From: Diplonema japonicum
Taxonomy: Eukaryota; Protista; Euglenozoa: Diplonemea
Assembly (NCBI GenBank): GCA_964019335.1
Contig: OZ025718.1
Location: 372,001 to 436,000 of the forward strand
DNA length: 64,000 nt
Reading direction: 5' to 3'
In this document: piece by piece, positions 50,898 to 61,407 of the stretch
Numbering within the stretch: the first letter of the stretch is position 1
Layout: each line of letters starts with the position of its first letter
Position numbers and translations under genes: made by a program
The notes under the pieces: model-generated
Databases searched by the model: none
What the model saw: only the letters and a program-made list of their open reading frames with translations
What the model was told of the DNA's origin: nothing

Positions 50898-51026
50898 CTT
50901 CAAGAGGGTGTTTACCTTCTGTGCTTTCTCAGCTTTAATCTGCTGGCTGTGCAGCCTCTGCTCCAGGATATATATCATCTCACCACCATAATTGATGATG
51001 AGAAACGGCATTGCAAGCAAAGACAT
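49652..51026 (-). CDS. OSCP1: OSCP1 family protein
   Basis: NYGGEMIYILEQRL, LAQSSIMKL..SMDKLFDL..MGVKYQ; introns 50833-50915, 50405-50472, 50077-50117, 49841-49877 give one open frame. Confidence 0.9.
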
Positions 51027-51175
51027 TCTTCGTTCTTTTTTTTTTTTTTTTTGGTTCCCCGCCTCCCTGGAACAACAAAAAAAAAGATTATTATTTTCCC
51101 CGGTTATGTGTTCGTAAAAAAAAAAAAAAAGAAGAAGAAGAAGAAATGTGACACTTTACCCCGTATTATCATCTT

Positions 51176-51922
51176 TCAGGGACCTTGGTAGAATACCAAG
51201 GGTGGGGAGGGCAGGCTGGAACTGCCGCTGCTTGTCTCGGTTGAGGAGTGGGACAGTTCTCGTCTTCTTTTTTTGCCTTTTTTTTTGTACCGTTGGCGGT
51301 CCTCCTTCCTTTTGTGCCGTTCTTCAGTACTTAGCGCCGAGTCGAACTCTGAATCTGTCTCCGATGCCAAACCCTCGGCTTTTCTCTTTTTTTGCTGTTT
51401 TTTCAATTTCCGAATGGTCTTTTCCTGGATGGCCTTTGCACGGTCCTCCCTGTCTCGAGTCTTCCATCTTTCGTACTCGGCAGCCGTTGCTGCCAGTGCG
51501 TGTGTTTTACCCCATTCTTCTGTCAATTCTGCATCGGATTTTTCAACAGGCCGTAAGCCAAACACGTCTGTAGCCTGCTCCTTCTGGTCTTGGCAAGGTT
51601 GGACCTTCACACACCTGTCTCCTATTGCAAGGCCTGATAGTCTGCAAGCTTTTTGGGCTTCTTCTGGTTTTGTGAATTCGATGAAGGCGTAGAAGTGATC
51701 ACCTTTCGACTGGTGGATGGCAATACGCACGATCCCACCGCAACTCTCGAAGAATAATTTCAGCGCGTGCTCGCTGATTCCCGGCCCCAACGGTGCCACA
51801 TACACCTTGTTCTGTTTCTTTTCATCCACTACAACTGGCGCCGCGCTTACTTTATTGCTTGACAAGGACCCCGGCGCAATCGCCATCATGTTCCCGAGAG
51901 CCTCGGGTGGAGCGTATGCCAT
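51176..51922 (-). CDS. RRM-domain RNA-binding protein with a K/R/S-rich tail
   Basis: ATG at 51922 (MAYAPP); RNP2 KVYVAPL and RNP1 FYAFIEF. Confidence 0.85.
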   Translation of the reverse strand: MAYAPPEALGNMMAIAPGSLSSNKVSAAPVVVDEKKQNKVYVAPLGPGISEHALKLFFESCGGIVRIAIHQSKGDHFYAFIEFTKPEEAQKACRLSGLAIGDRCVKVQPCQDQKEQATDVFGLRPVEKSDAELTEEWGKTHALAATAAEYERWKTRDREDRAKAIQEKTIRKLKKQQKKRKAEGLASETDSEFDSALSTEERHKRKEDRQRYKKKGKKRRRELSHSSTETSSGSSSLPSPPLVFYQGP

Positions 51923-52914
51923 TTTTTTTTTCTTTTTTTTTTTCTCCAAACCTCCCTCCTTTTTTTTCTTCTTTTCTTTCCTTCTTTTTTTTTTTTTTTC
52001 TTCTACACACTGGCAAAAGGAAGAAAAAAAAGAAGAAGAAGAAGAAGGAAAAAAAACGGGGGAATAAAAAAAAATTGATGCGATTGGGAATGGGGGGTCT
52101 AATGTATAGAAAATATTGGGGAAGAAGAGAAGAAGGGGGGGGGGGTAATAATTGGAAAGAAAAGAAAGAAAGAAAGAACAACGAGAGGAGAGGATAAAAA
52201 AAAGGAGTGGGGAAGAAAAATAACGGAGAGATAAGGAAAGGCAAAAAAAAGGGGGGGGGGAAAGCATATTGGGATGGGGAAAGTGATCTAAAATAAAATA
52301 AAATAAAAATGAAAACGCAAAACAAATAATAAAAATAAGTCTTTCCTGTTCTCTCTCTCACGCTTTTTCTTCTTCTTTTTTCTTGGAGGTCTGTTTACCT
52401 ACTGTTAAGTGAATAAATGTCGGATTGACAAATCTCCGGACGGAAAAGTTTGAAATCCCTCCAGTGACCTTCAGTGGCCTAAAGAAGAATGGTCCGCCCT
52501 GGCATTTGTCAAGGCCCTGTGATTTTTCTTTTTTTTTTTCCACCCCCGCTTTACAGTTCCTCGTTTTTTATTTTGGCACATAACCTTCCACATCTTAAAC
52601 ACCATTTTCTTCTCCCCCTATCCTATAACACCTAAAACCTTTTTTTTTCCTCTTCCTCTTTATTTCCTCCTCACTTTCAAAACTTCTCTTGCATGCATCC
52701 TTTTTAAAAAAGGGAGAAAAGAAAAAAAAGGGGAGAGTAAAAAAAATATGCAGAGGGGAAGTGGGGAGAGAGAGAGAGGAAAGGGTAAGACAATGGGTTT
52801 CTTCTTTTTGATAGTAAAAAGAAAAAGAAAATAAAAATGGGGGGGGGAGAAACACTTGATTCTTCCTCTCTCTCTCTCTTCGTCCCCCCCCCCCCCCCCC
52901 CTCCCAATTCTTGC

Positions 52915-54744
52915 TTACAACTGGGTGTAAAGCACGCTGGGTCCTTCCTTGAGGCAGCTATCGAGGCGGTCCCCGACAGAGGTGGGGTTGGCAGCCGCAT
53001 GGACGAAGCCAAGGAAAGGGGGAGAAGGTGCCCCGGGGCGGGATTTGAACTCAGGGTGGTACTGGACGGCAAGGTAGAAGGGGTGGTCGGGTATTTCGAT
53101 AACATCCATCCTCTCCTTGGACTCGTCCTTCCCTGTGAAGATCATCCCCGCCGACTCGTAACGGTCATAGTAGTCGATGTTGAACTCGTACCTGTGTCGG
53201 TGGCGCTCTGTGATCTTCTTGGCACCTCCGTACAGCTTGAAGACCTTTGAGTCCGGGCGTTCAAGTTCCACCCACCTCGCCCCAAGCCTCATGTTGGCGC
53301 CCATCTGCTCCTTGGGGATCTCGGGCATGTACTTGATGACGTGGTTCTCGCTTTCTTTGCTTGTGTCGAACTCCTCGGACGTGGCGTCAGAGAGTCCCAG
53401 CACGTTCCTTGCGTAGTCGATGATGGCAACTTGCATCCCGAGGCACACACCGAAGTATGGCTTCTTCCATTCTCTTGCCAGCTGTGCGGCCTTCACCTTC
53501 CCCTCGATGCCCCTGTCGCCGAACCCGCCCGGCACGAAGATACCGTGGCACTCCTTCATGCTCTTGATGGCGTTCTCGTAGAGAGACTCGTCGCCCTCTT
53601 CGGGGGTTTCCGCGGGTTGCAGGTCCGTCGAGTTGATCCACACAACCTCCAGCTTCCTGCCCACCTCCACTGCAGAGTGCTCCAGCGACTTGACGACGGA
53701 CACGTAAGCGTCCTCCCCGCCTTTGTTGTACTTCCCGACAAACGCGATCTTGACAGGTGCCGCGTTGCGTGCCACATCCACGGTGTTGGCGTACTCGTTC
53801 CAGTCGCCGAGTGTCTTGAGGCAGGGTACAAGAGCGGGTTTCGGGACGGAGGAGGTCGGGTCGTCCTCGCCGAAGGGGCTCAGCTCGTTCAGCTTCAGCA
53901 CGTCGTTCAAAATCTTGAACATTTTCTGGTCTTCCAGCATCTGGATGAAGTGGAAGAGGTTGGGCACGTTGTGCGCGCTGATGACCTTCTCGCGGTGGAT
54001 GTTGCACTGGTTGCTGATCTTGCTCTTCGTGCTGTCGTTGACCTCCTCCTCACAACGCGCCACAAGGATGTCCGGCTGGATCCCGACGGACTGCAGGGCC
54101 TTCACCGTGTGCTGGGTGGGCTTGGTCTTCTGACCGCTCATGATGGGGATGTAGGTACAGTGCACAAAGCACATGGAGTGGGGAGGGAGGTTGAACTTGA
54201 ACTGCCTAATGGCCTCGAGGAAAGCTGCGGATTCGATATCACCCACAGTCCCGCCGAGTTCGACGACTGTAACATGGGGGCTGAGGTCGGTCCCGTCGGT
54301 GGCAGTTTGAGCAACGCTGTCCACCCACCTGATGATCTCCGCTGTGATGTGGGGGACGACCTGAACGGTGCGGCCGAGGTAGTCACCACGCCTCTCTTTG
54401 TTGATGACGGCGGAGTAGATCTTACCCGTAGTGATGTTGTTGTCCCTTGTCAGAGACAGGTTCATCATCCTCTCGTAGTTCCCAAGGTCGAGGTCTGCTT
54501 CGCCACCGTCGTCCAGAACGAAGACTTCTCCGTGCTCATAGGGGCTCATGAGCCCCGCGTCTATGTTGATGTAGGGGTCGATCTTGATCGCCGTCACCCT
54601 GTACCCCTTTGCCCTCAGCAGTGCCCCCACAGAACTCGTCGTTACCCCCTTGCCAAGCGAGCTGCACACACCCCCGGACACAAACACATACTTCATCTCC
54701 TTAGCCAGCTTTGGCCTGAAGTGCTGTATACTCGGTGAAGTCAT
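52915..54744 (-). CDS. CTPS: CTP synthase
   Basis: KYVFVSGGVCSSLGKG, KIDPYINIDAG, GVCLGMQ, ERHRHRYE, QYHPEFKS. Confidence 0.97.
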   Translation of the reverse strand: MTSPSIQHFRPKLAKEMKYVFVSGGVCSSLGKGVTTSSVGALLRAKGYRVTAIKIDPYINIDAGLMSPYEHGEVFVLDDGGEADLDLGNYERMMNLSLTRDNNITTGKIYSAVINKERRGDYLGRTVQVVPHITAEIIRWVDSVAQTATDGTDLSPHVTVVELGGTVGDIESAAFLEAIRQFKFNLPPHSMCFVHCTYIPIMSGQKTKPTQHTVKALQSVGIQPDILVARCEEEVNDSTKSKISNQCNIHREKVISAHNVPNLFHFIQMLEDQKMFKILNDVLKLNELSPFGEDDPTSSVPKPALVPCLKTLGDWNEYANTVDVARNAAPVKIAFVGKYNKGGEDAYVSVVKSLEHSAVEVGRKLEVVWINSTDLQPAETPEEGDESLYENAIKSMKECHGIFVPGGFGDRGIEGKVKAAQLAREWKKPYFGVCLGMQVAIIDYARNVLGLSDATSEEFDTSKESENHVIKYMPEIPKEQMGANMRLGARWVELERPDSKVFKLYGGAKKITERHRHRYEFNIDYYDRYESAGMIFTGKDESKERMDVIEIPDHPFYLAVQYHPEFKSRPGAPSPPFLGFVHAAANPTSVGDRLDSCLKEGPSVLYTQL

Positions 54745-55313
54745 TTCTGCTTCTTCTTCTTCTTTTTTTTTTTTTTTTTTTTTTCTCCTAGATTTTTTTG
54801 TTTTTTGTTTTGTTGTTTTGTCCGCCACGGACTAACATGAATGGGGAAAATAAATTGGCAAAAAGAAAAAAAAAAAAAAAAAAAAAAGAGGTACGGGGAG
54901 GGAAAGGGGAAGATATACCAGGGCACAAACGAACCAAGAAAAGAGAAAAAAAAAGCCTCTCTCTCCCTCACCCCATTTTTTTTATTTCTCCTTTTTTTTT
55001 ATTTCTCCTGAGGCAAGCTTTAAAAAATGAAAAATAAAAAAGGGGAAAGAGAGAAAAAAAAATGGGGGGGGGCGAGTTGGGCATAACTTGTACACACTGC
55101 GTCCTAAAAAAAAAAAACTCGTTTTTTTCGCTGTCTCCTTTACAGTGCCCCTCCCTCCCCCCTCTCATATGAGATGTAAAAAAATAATACGTGTATCACC
55201 CCTCGACCCCTCCCGTTTCTTCCATAGGATAGAAGAAAGAAAATGTAAAAAGGCAGGAAGTCCTCCTCACATTATAAAAAAAAAAAAGAATCCAAGATAG
55301 AAGCAGAAAACCA

Positions 55314-55344
<31 letters not shown>

Positions 55345-55376
55345 AAAAGGGTGAGTACAGCCTGCACACATGCTGT

Positions 55377-57191
55377 CTACAGATTGCCGGCTTGGTACGC
55401 GTCGCTACGTGTTGTTGGGAGAGAGAGGGTGGATGTTTCCTGAAGTGCTTGCTGGAGGGCTGCTTGCTCTGCGGGGGTGAGGACTGCCATGGCGGGATGC
55501 ACCGAAGGGGGGGTTATGGCAGGCAGGCCTAAGGCTGCATCAGCATCCTCCCTGTGGTAGCTTGCCATGTAGTTGGGGTGCACGGTGGTGAGGTAGTTAC
55601 GCAGGAAGCCCGTCATCATAGGGGAGGCAGCAATGGGTGCGTAGGCTGGGGGCATGGAGGGGATGGCCTCCTTGATCTCTTGTTGAAGCACGCTGTACAT
55701 GACAGCCTGCACGTCAACTATGCCTCCGCCAGGGCACCTCTGCCTCATCCTCTCCATCCAGTGTCCCACGCCCTTCCTCATGCCCTCCACTACCACTTCG
55801 TTGAATTGCTTTCCCCCCCGGGTCTCCTTGTCCAGTACCTTGCCCAGCATCTCTTGCCCGTACCGTTTCACCATGACCTCTGTCTCCCGCAGCACAGCGT
55901 CTTTGTCCACGCCTTCCTTGTCCAGCACCGCCATCACCTCCGGGTTTTCTCTCATTTTTCGCACCATCTCCTTTGCTGCCCCCTCGACCAACAACCCCCT
56001 GTTCACGCTGCTGTCCTCCTTCAGCTCCTGCTTCACCAGCTCCACCACATCCTTCTCGATCTTGTTCAAAGGTGTGCTGCCCCCTGTGGTCATCGCAAGC
56101 ATCTCAGGCACAGTCAACGTGGTCATCGCCTTGTTCACTATTTTGTGCAAGAGGCGTGGAGATCCCTGAGGTGTTGGTGCAGCAGCAGCTGCTGCAGCAG
56201 GTGAAGGTGTAGAAGCTGAGGGAGGCGCTGGCCTAGCTGTGGCCATCTGCGAGGCGGCTTGTGTAGTGACTTGTGTTGCTTGCTGGATGACAGGACCCAC
56301 GGACTGCAGCAGTGTGTTCACAGTGGTGTCCAACCCGGACATGACCTGGGCTATAGGGTTGGTCTGCGGTGGCCGTGGGGCGCCGCCCACCAAGTTGACT
56401 GGAACACTGCCGGGCGTCTGCTCGATTTCTCTCTGGAAGGCCGCAATTTTCTGAGGAAGGGTCTCCAGGTCAGCAGGAGTGGCGTGCACCACTATGTGGA
56501 CACCTTGGACTACTGTCTGTTGGGTCTGCTGCATGGCTGCAGGAGTCACAGGGGCCGCTGCTGCAGCTGGCGCCGGGGCCGCTGCGGGAGCTGGAGTTGC
56601 AGATGCTGCTGCAGGAGCAGCAGGGGTAGGTGCAGCAGGAGCAGCTTGAGCAGCAGCTTGGGGGGGCTGCGCGGCCTGCTGCATGTTTCTTGCGGTGCCC
56701 AAAAAGCTCTGTTGTATGTGTGTGTTGTATGTGTGTGTGTACCTGAAGGATGTTAGGGAGGTCGAGACCGCCAAGGCTAGTAGGCTGACCGTCGGAGGAC
56801 ATGGAGAAACCACCCATCATGACAGGGACATTCTGACGCACCCCAGGGCCTCCAGAGGGCGCTGCTGCGGGTGTCTCTTGCTGGGGTTGCGGGGGGTCTA
56901 CTTCCCTCTCCACGATGTGAATGGTCTGGTTCTCCCTGATGTCAAACTCGTGCAGCGGCTGGTCGTCCTTGAGTGCCCGCCCGAGAAGGATCAGGCGCAA
57001 CCTGCTCGCAGCAACATCGATCTTTCTAGACAACTGTGTTGCTTTGCTTTGTTTTACTTGCCATACCTCCTCCTTGAGCCGCGTTACGGTCCAGTCAGGG
57101 TCAATGCTCATTTCAAGCACCTCGCCTGTAGCCGTTTGTTGTTGTTAGTGCAGAACATACCCGACATCCGCTTGAATCTGACCGTGATCAT
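55377..57191 (-). CDS. BAG6/Scythe-like protein (N-terminal ubiquitin-like domain, A/P/Q-rich middle)
   Basis: MITVRFKRMSGEVL...RLILLGRALKDD UBL after removing introns 57126-57160 and 56709-56742; C-terminal SDAYQAG resembles the BAG6 SDAY motif. Confidence 0.72.
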
Positions 57192-57481
57192 GTTTTGTAT
57201 TGTTTCTTTTCCTGTGTGGCTGTGTGTGTCGCTTGCTTGCTACGCCCCCTGTTACTGCCAGTGGATCACCGACAAAGAAAAGGCAGTAAGCCCTCCCCTC
57301 AAACTGGGTTAGAGATGCTGCCCCGACTCTTACAACGTAAAGACTTTTGGAAAACAAAAAAAAAATGGAAATAAAAAAAAAAAAAAAAACCGGTGGGGGG
57401 ATGGGGGGGGGGGGGGGGAATTTGATGCACTGGTCTAACCAAGCAGGAAGGAAGACAGAAGAGGCCTTGGTCACACTAAGC

Positions 57482-58924
57482 TCACCTGATGAAGGAGCGT
57501 ACCAAAGACTTGACCTCGAGGTCTTGGAAGCCCTCAAGGTTCCCGTAAGTGCATTTAATGAACTCGCCTTGCAGGCGGGGGCGGATGAAGGCATCGATTC
57601 TGTCGAGGGTGACTTTTGCAGTCCTCGCGTGGAGCTCCTCTGCCGACCAGACAGTGTTGTTGATGGCGGTGTGCTTCCCGATCTCCCCTATGCTGTGAGC
57701 CCTTTCGTCAATTCCCGTAAAGCTCTGGAACAGAAATTTATTTTTCGCCATGTTAACCATCGCTTCGCTGATCCCGTCTGTGATCGTCGCAAGCTGCTGG
57801 CACAGCAGGTTCAGGAGGTTCTGATTGTGCTGGTGCTCCGCCTGTCCGTAAATACCCAGCAAGCCCGAATCGCTGTACCCCGCCGAGATGGCCTCAATCC
57901 CATCCAACCACGTGTGCCTGTGTGTTCTGCATTTCATTGTCAAGACATACCTGCACAGGCATCTGTACAGTTTTGTGAGAATGCCCTTCCCAGGTCCGCC
58001 TGCAGAGAACGACATCCCACCGCCCAGCAGGGTTTGCGTAACAAGCATCGTGATATGATCCGGGTGACCAATAGGCACACCCTCCATCATGACTCCAATG
58101 TGTGTGTTGTTCTTCTCCTGGAACTTCGACAAGGATGAAGGGGCAGTCAGGTTTTCCATTGTACGTACTGAAAGTGTTTTTTTTTTTCTTCTTTTTTTTT
58201 TTTTTTTTCTCCTTTACATACCACCGCCTGTGAATGTAGGAGGTGCAAGGCACTCGTCGGGAATGGGGTGCTTCTCCCAGTTGTTTAAGATAGGGGTGAA
58301 GGTGGCCTCCGCCATTTTCAAGAGATCATTATGTTCAACACCTTTGCCGACGAGGGTGAGCCTGTCCGGCTGCACCATGGTGTGGATGTACTCGTGCAGA
58401 ATGTCTGGGGTGATGTATGCGTAGCTATCGATGTCAGAGAACCCTACTGCAGGGTTGCTGAGGGTCTCGTTGTTCCATGCCGCTTGGTGGAGGAGCTCGA
58501 AGAGGATTTTAGAGGGTTCGATTTTTAATTTGTCCGAGTCGGCGACGGCGAAGTCCTTGAAGGATTGCAGTTTTTCGTTTGTGATGTCTCTTGGTAGCGC
58601 TATCTTGCTCAGCATCTCCATGGCCTGGCTCACCTCCCACCTGGCGCACGCCACATTGTATACCATCCATTCCCTGTTGTTCGTTACCTTGGTCTCTGCC
58701 TGGATCCCTGCTACGGCATGGTCACCGTACGCGAGCATCTCCAGCAGCCTGCTGCAGCCCCTGTGTTTCTCCTCCGCCTCGTATCTCGCACCTATCTTGC
58801 TGATCACTCCCACGCAGCTCGACGGCGACTCTTCACTGAAGCTCACTACTTTCATCCCATTGTCCATAACGGTCATCCGGGGGGGCGTCCATTTCCACAA
58901 TTTTGGTACGCTGCGCCTTAGCAT
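57482..58924 (-). CDS. Mitochondrial processing peptidase alpha subunit (M16 family)
   Basis: Short MLRRS presequence and glycine-rich loop LLGGGMSFSAGGPGKG; introns 58168-58221 and in-frame 57918-57950. Confidence 0.9.
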
Positions 58925-58954
58925 TTTTTTTGTTGCTTTTTTTTCTTCTCTTTG

Positions 58955-58999
<45 letters not shown>

Positions 59000-59244
59000 A
59001 GAAAAGGGGGTTTATAAAAAACAAATAGAAAAGAAGAAAATTCATGTCTGTGAGGGGGTGAAAGCGGGGGCAAAAAAAAAAAAAAAGAAGAAGAAGAAAT
59101 ACGGAAAAAATAGAAAGAAACACCATAAAATGAAGTGGGGGGTGAAAAAAACTCTTTTCTTCTTTTTTTTTTAAAAAAAATGAATGGCTGAAAGAAAAAA
59201 AAGGGGAAAAAGAGAAACACTAAACGTAACCATCACCAAACACC

Positions 59245-60975
59245 CTATGACCTAAAGATGTCACTGTGGAAGTGTGGCCACATGCAGTACCTGCAGGCGA
59301 AGAGATAGTGGCCGGATGCGGTGGGGCTTTGCGGCTGGTCTTGCTTATCGCTGCCGTCGAACATAAGGGAGGCGAGCTGACCTTTAAGGCGGATCTCGTA
59401 GGCAGGCAGCTTGCACTTCAGCGCCGAAGAGACATAGAAGGGAACTCGGATGAAATCGGACTGGACCTGTGTGAGGTTTCAAACGTAAATATAAAGGCAT
59501 ACATCAGGCTGTCTTTGCCTAGGGTTCGAGATGCAGCTGGCATTCTTGCAGCTCACGCTCGGGAACCCAAACACCCTTGGGGGGGTCACGAGGCGGATCT
59601 TCTCCACTACGCTTCCGTCTTTCACGTAGTTGACGGTGCAGCCGGGGGCCAGAGAGGCGAGTTTTTTAAGAGCGTCCGACGTAAGCGACTCGTGCGGCAG
59701 GTCGGGGATGGAGATGACGCCCTTGGCACCCTTGTCGGCGAAGGTGTACACGCCTTGCGACCCGAGCTTGTCCATCCACCCCATCACTTCGCGTGCTGCT
59801 TCTACAACAGACCAGCACTCTGCTTCAGACGCACCACGTGAGATGTGATCGACAACCACACCGTAGGCAAAGGGGAGGACTGACTCCACTGTCTGTTTCT
59901 CTTTGGGTGCTGCCCGCACTTTTTTGATGAAGTCCGATGCCACTGGGTCTGCAGGCGGGACAAGCGACAACGGTGCAGGCGATGTGGGTGTGAACCCCTC
60001 ACCGTACCTCCCCGTCAGCATTCCCAGCAGTGCCATGCGCACCCAGTACCCGTTGCCCGACGCCTGCTCCCATGCGTTGAGCTCGTCCCCGTCGAACTCG
60101 TACGGGACAAGTGGCTTTGTCATGGCACGCGGGAGCGTTTGCAAAAATTTGCACCCCTTTGGGAGCTTCGATCTCCATTCCTTCCTGAAGGCAACCGCTT
60201 TGTGTAGCTCCTCCTCTCTGCCCTGCGCCTCTTCGCCGATCCGAGACATTTGCAACCGCGAAAAGGACCAAATATCCGCTATTTTGTCCGCCGTCCTGAG
60301 GTACTCCTCGATGGAAGAGAAGACGTTCACAGTGAAGCCGTTAGTCTCCATCTTCGCCTTGTACTCCACGGGGTATTGGATCTCCTTGGGGGCGATCAGG
60401 TCGACTGTTACGTTACTAAAGATGCGAAGGCCGTCGACCTTGGAGTGGGCAGTACGGCCGTTCATGAGGTCGCCCACAAGGGCGAGGTGGATAGTGTCGC
60501 GCTGCCAAGATTTCAGCTCGAGGAGGGTGAAAGTATCGACGTACTCAAGGGTGGGGTGGGTGTGCCGACCGTCGCCTGCGTTGATGAAGGACGGCCTGGG
60601 GGTGCCGGTCACAACATTCTCAAGCCACCTGCACATGCCCTCCATGGGCGATCTGATGACGAAGACGGACTGCTCTGTAGAGTAGCTTGTGAACATCTTT
60701 ATCACATCCGTCACGCTCTCCTTCATGAACAACTTCTTCGCATCTGTTATGTCGTTCACATTCATCTCATGGTGCACCGCAGCGTTCCTGAAGCTGTCCT
60801 TCGTCCTCGTGCTCTCCTCCTCGAACATCAAGTACACATTCTGCTTGCCCTTCTTCTCCCCTTTTACCATCTTCCCCGCTTTCACTTCTTTTGCCGTCTC
60901 ATACAAATAATACTGTTCAGTAAGGCTCAGGTCCGACACCAGGTGGATCGTCCTCCCCGCGAAGGGTGATGTCAT
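59245..60975 (-). CDS. pyrBI: Aspartate carbamoyltransferase with fused regulatory chain (PyrB-PyrI, Thermotoga/Treponema type)
   Basis: ESTRTKDSF, FINAGDGRHTHPT, GDLMNGRT, NGYWVR, then PyrI-like VVDHI, PGCTVN, CKNASC. Intron 59467-59502 adds the exon carrying CRYC. Confidence 0.9.
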
Positions 60976-61407
60976 TTTTTTTTTTCTCCTTGTGTCCTTT
61001 TTCCTTTTTTTTTTGTTTTGTTTTATTTTCTACAGAAGATACATAAAGGGGGCCGTGAATTAAAAAAAAGATGGGGGGGCTGTCTTGATGGCTAAGAGGA
61101 AAAGAAGAACTCAGGATAGAATCGAAGAGGGTTGGGACAAAGAAAGAGGGGGAAGAAACACTAATGAGACCGGGGGGGGGGGGGGGGGGGAGAGAGAAAA
61201 AAGAAAAAGGAGGGGGAAGAGGCAGAATGATTGCGTTCTAGAAAGGAAAAAAAAATCACTGTGATAGGAAACGAAATCGTTTGCAAAGGCCTACCTATAA
61301 AATAAAAAAAAAGCTGCTCAATAAGGGTGCAACATGTGGACGATGTGCACACCTCAGAGCAAGGGAAAAAAAGGGGGGGGGGTAAGGAGTTTCATTTGTG
61401 GCCCTCT

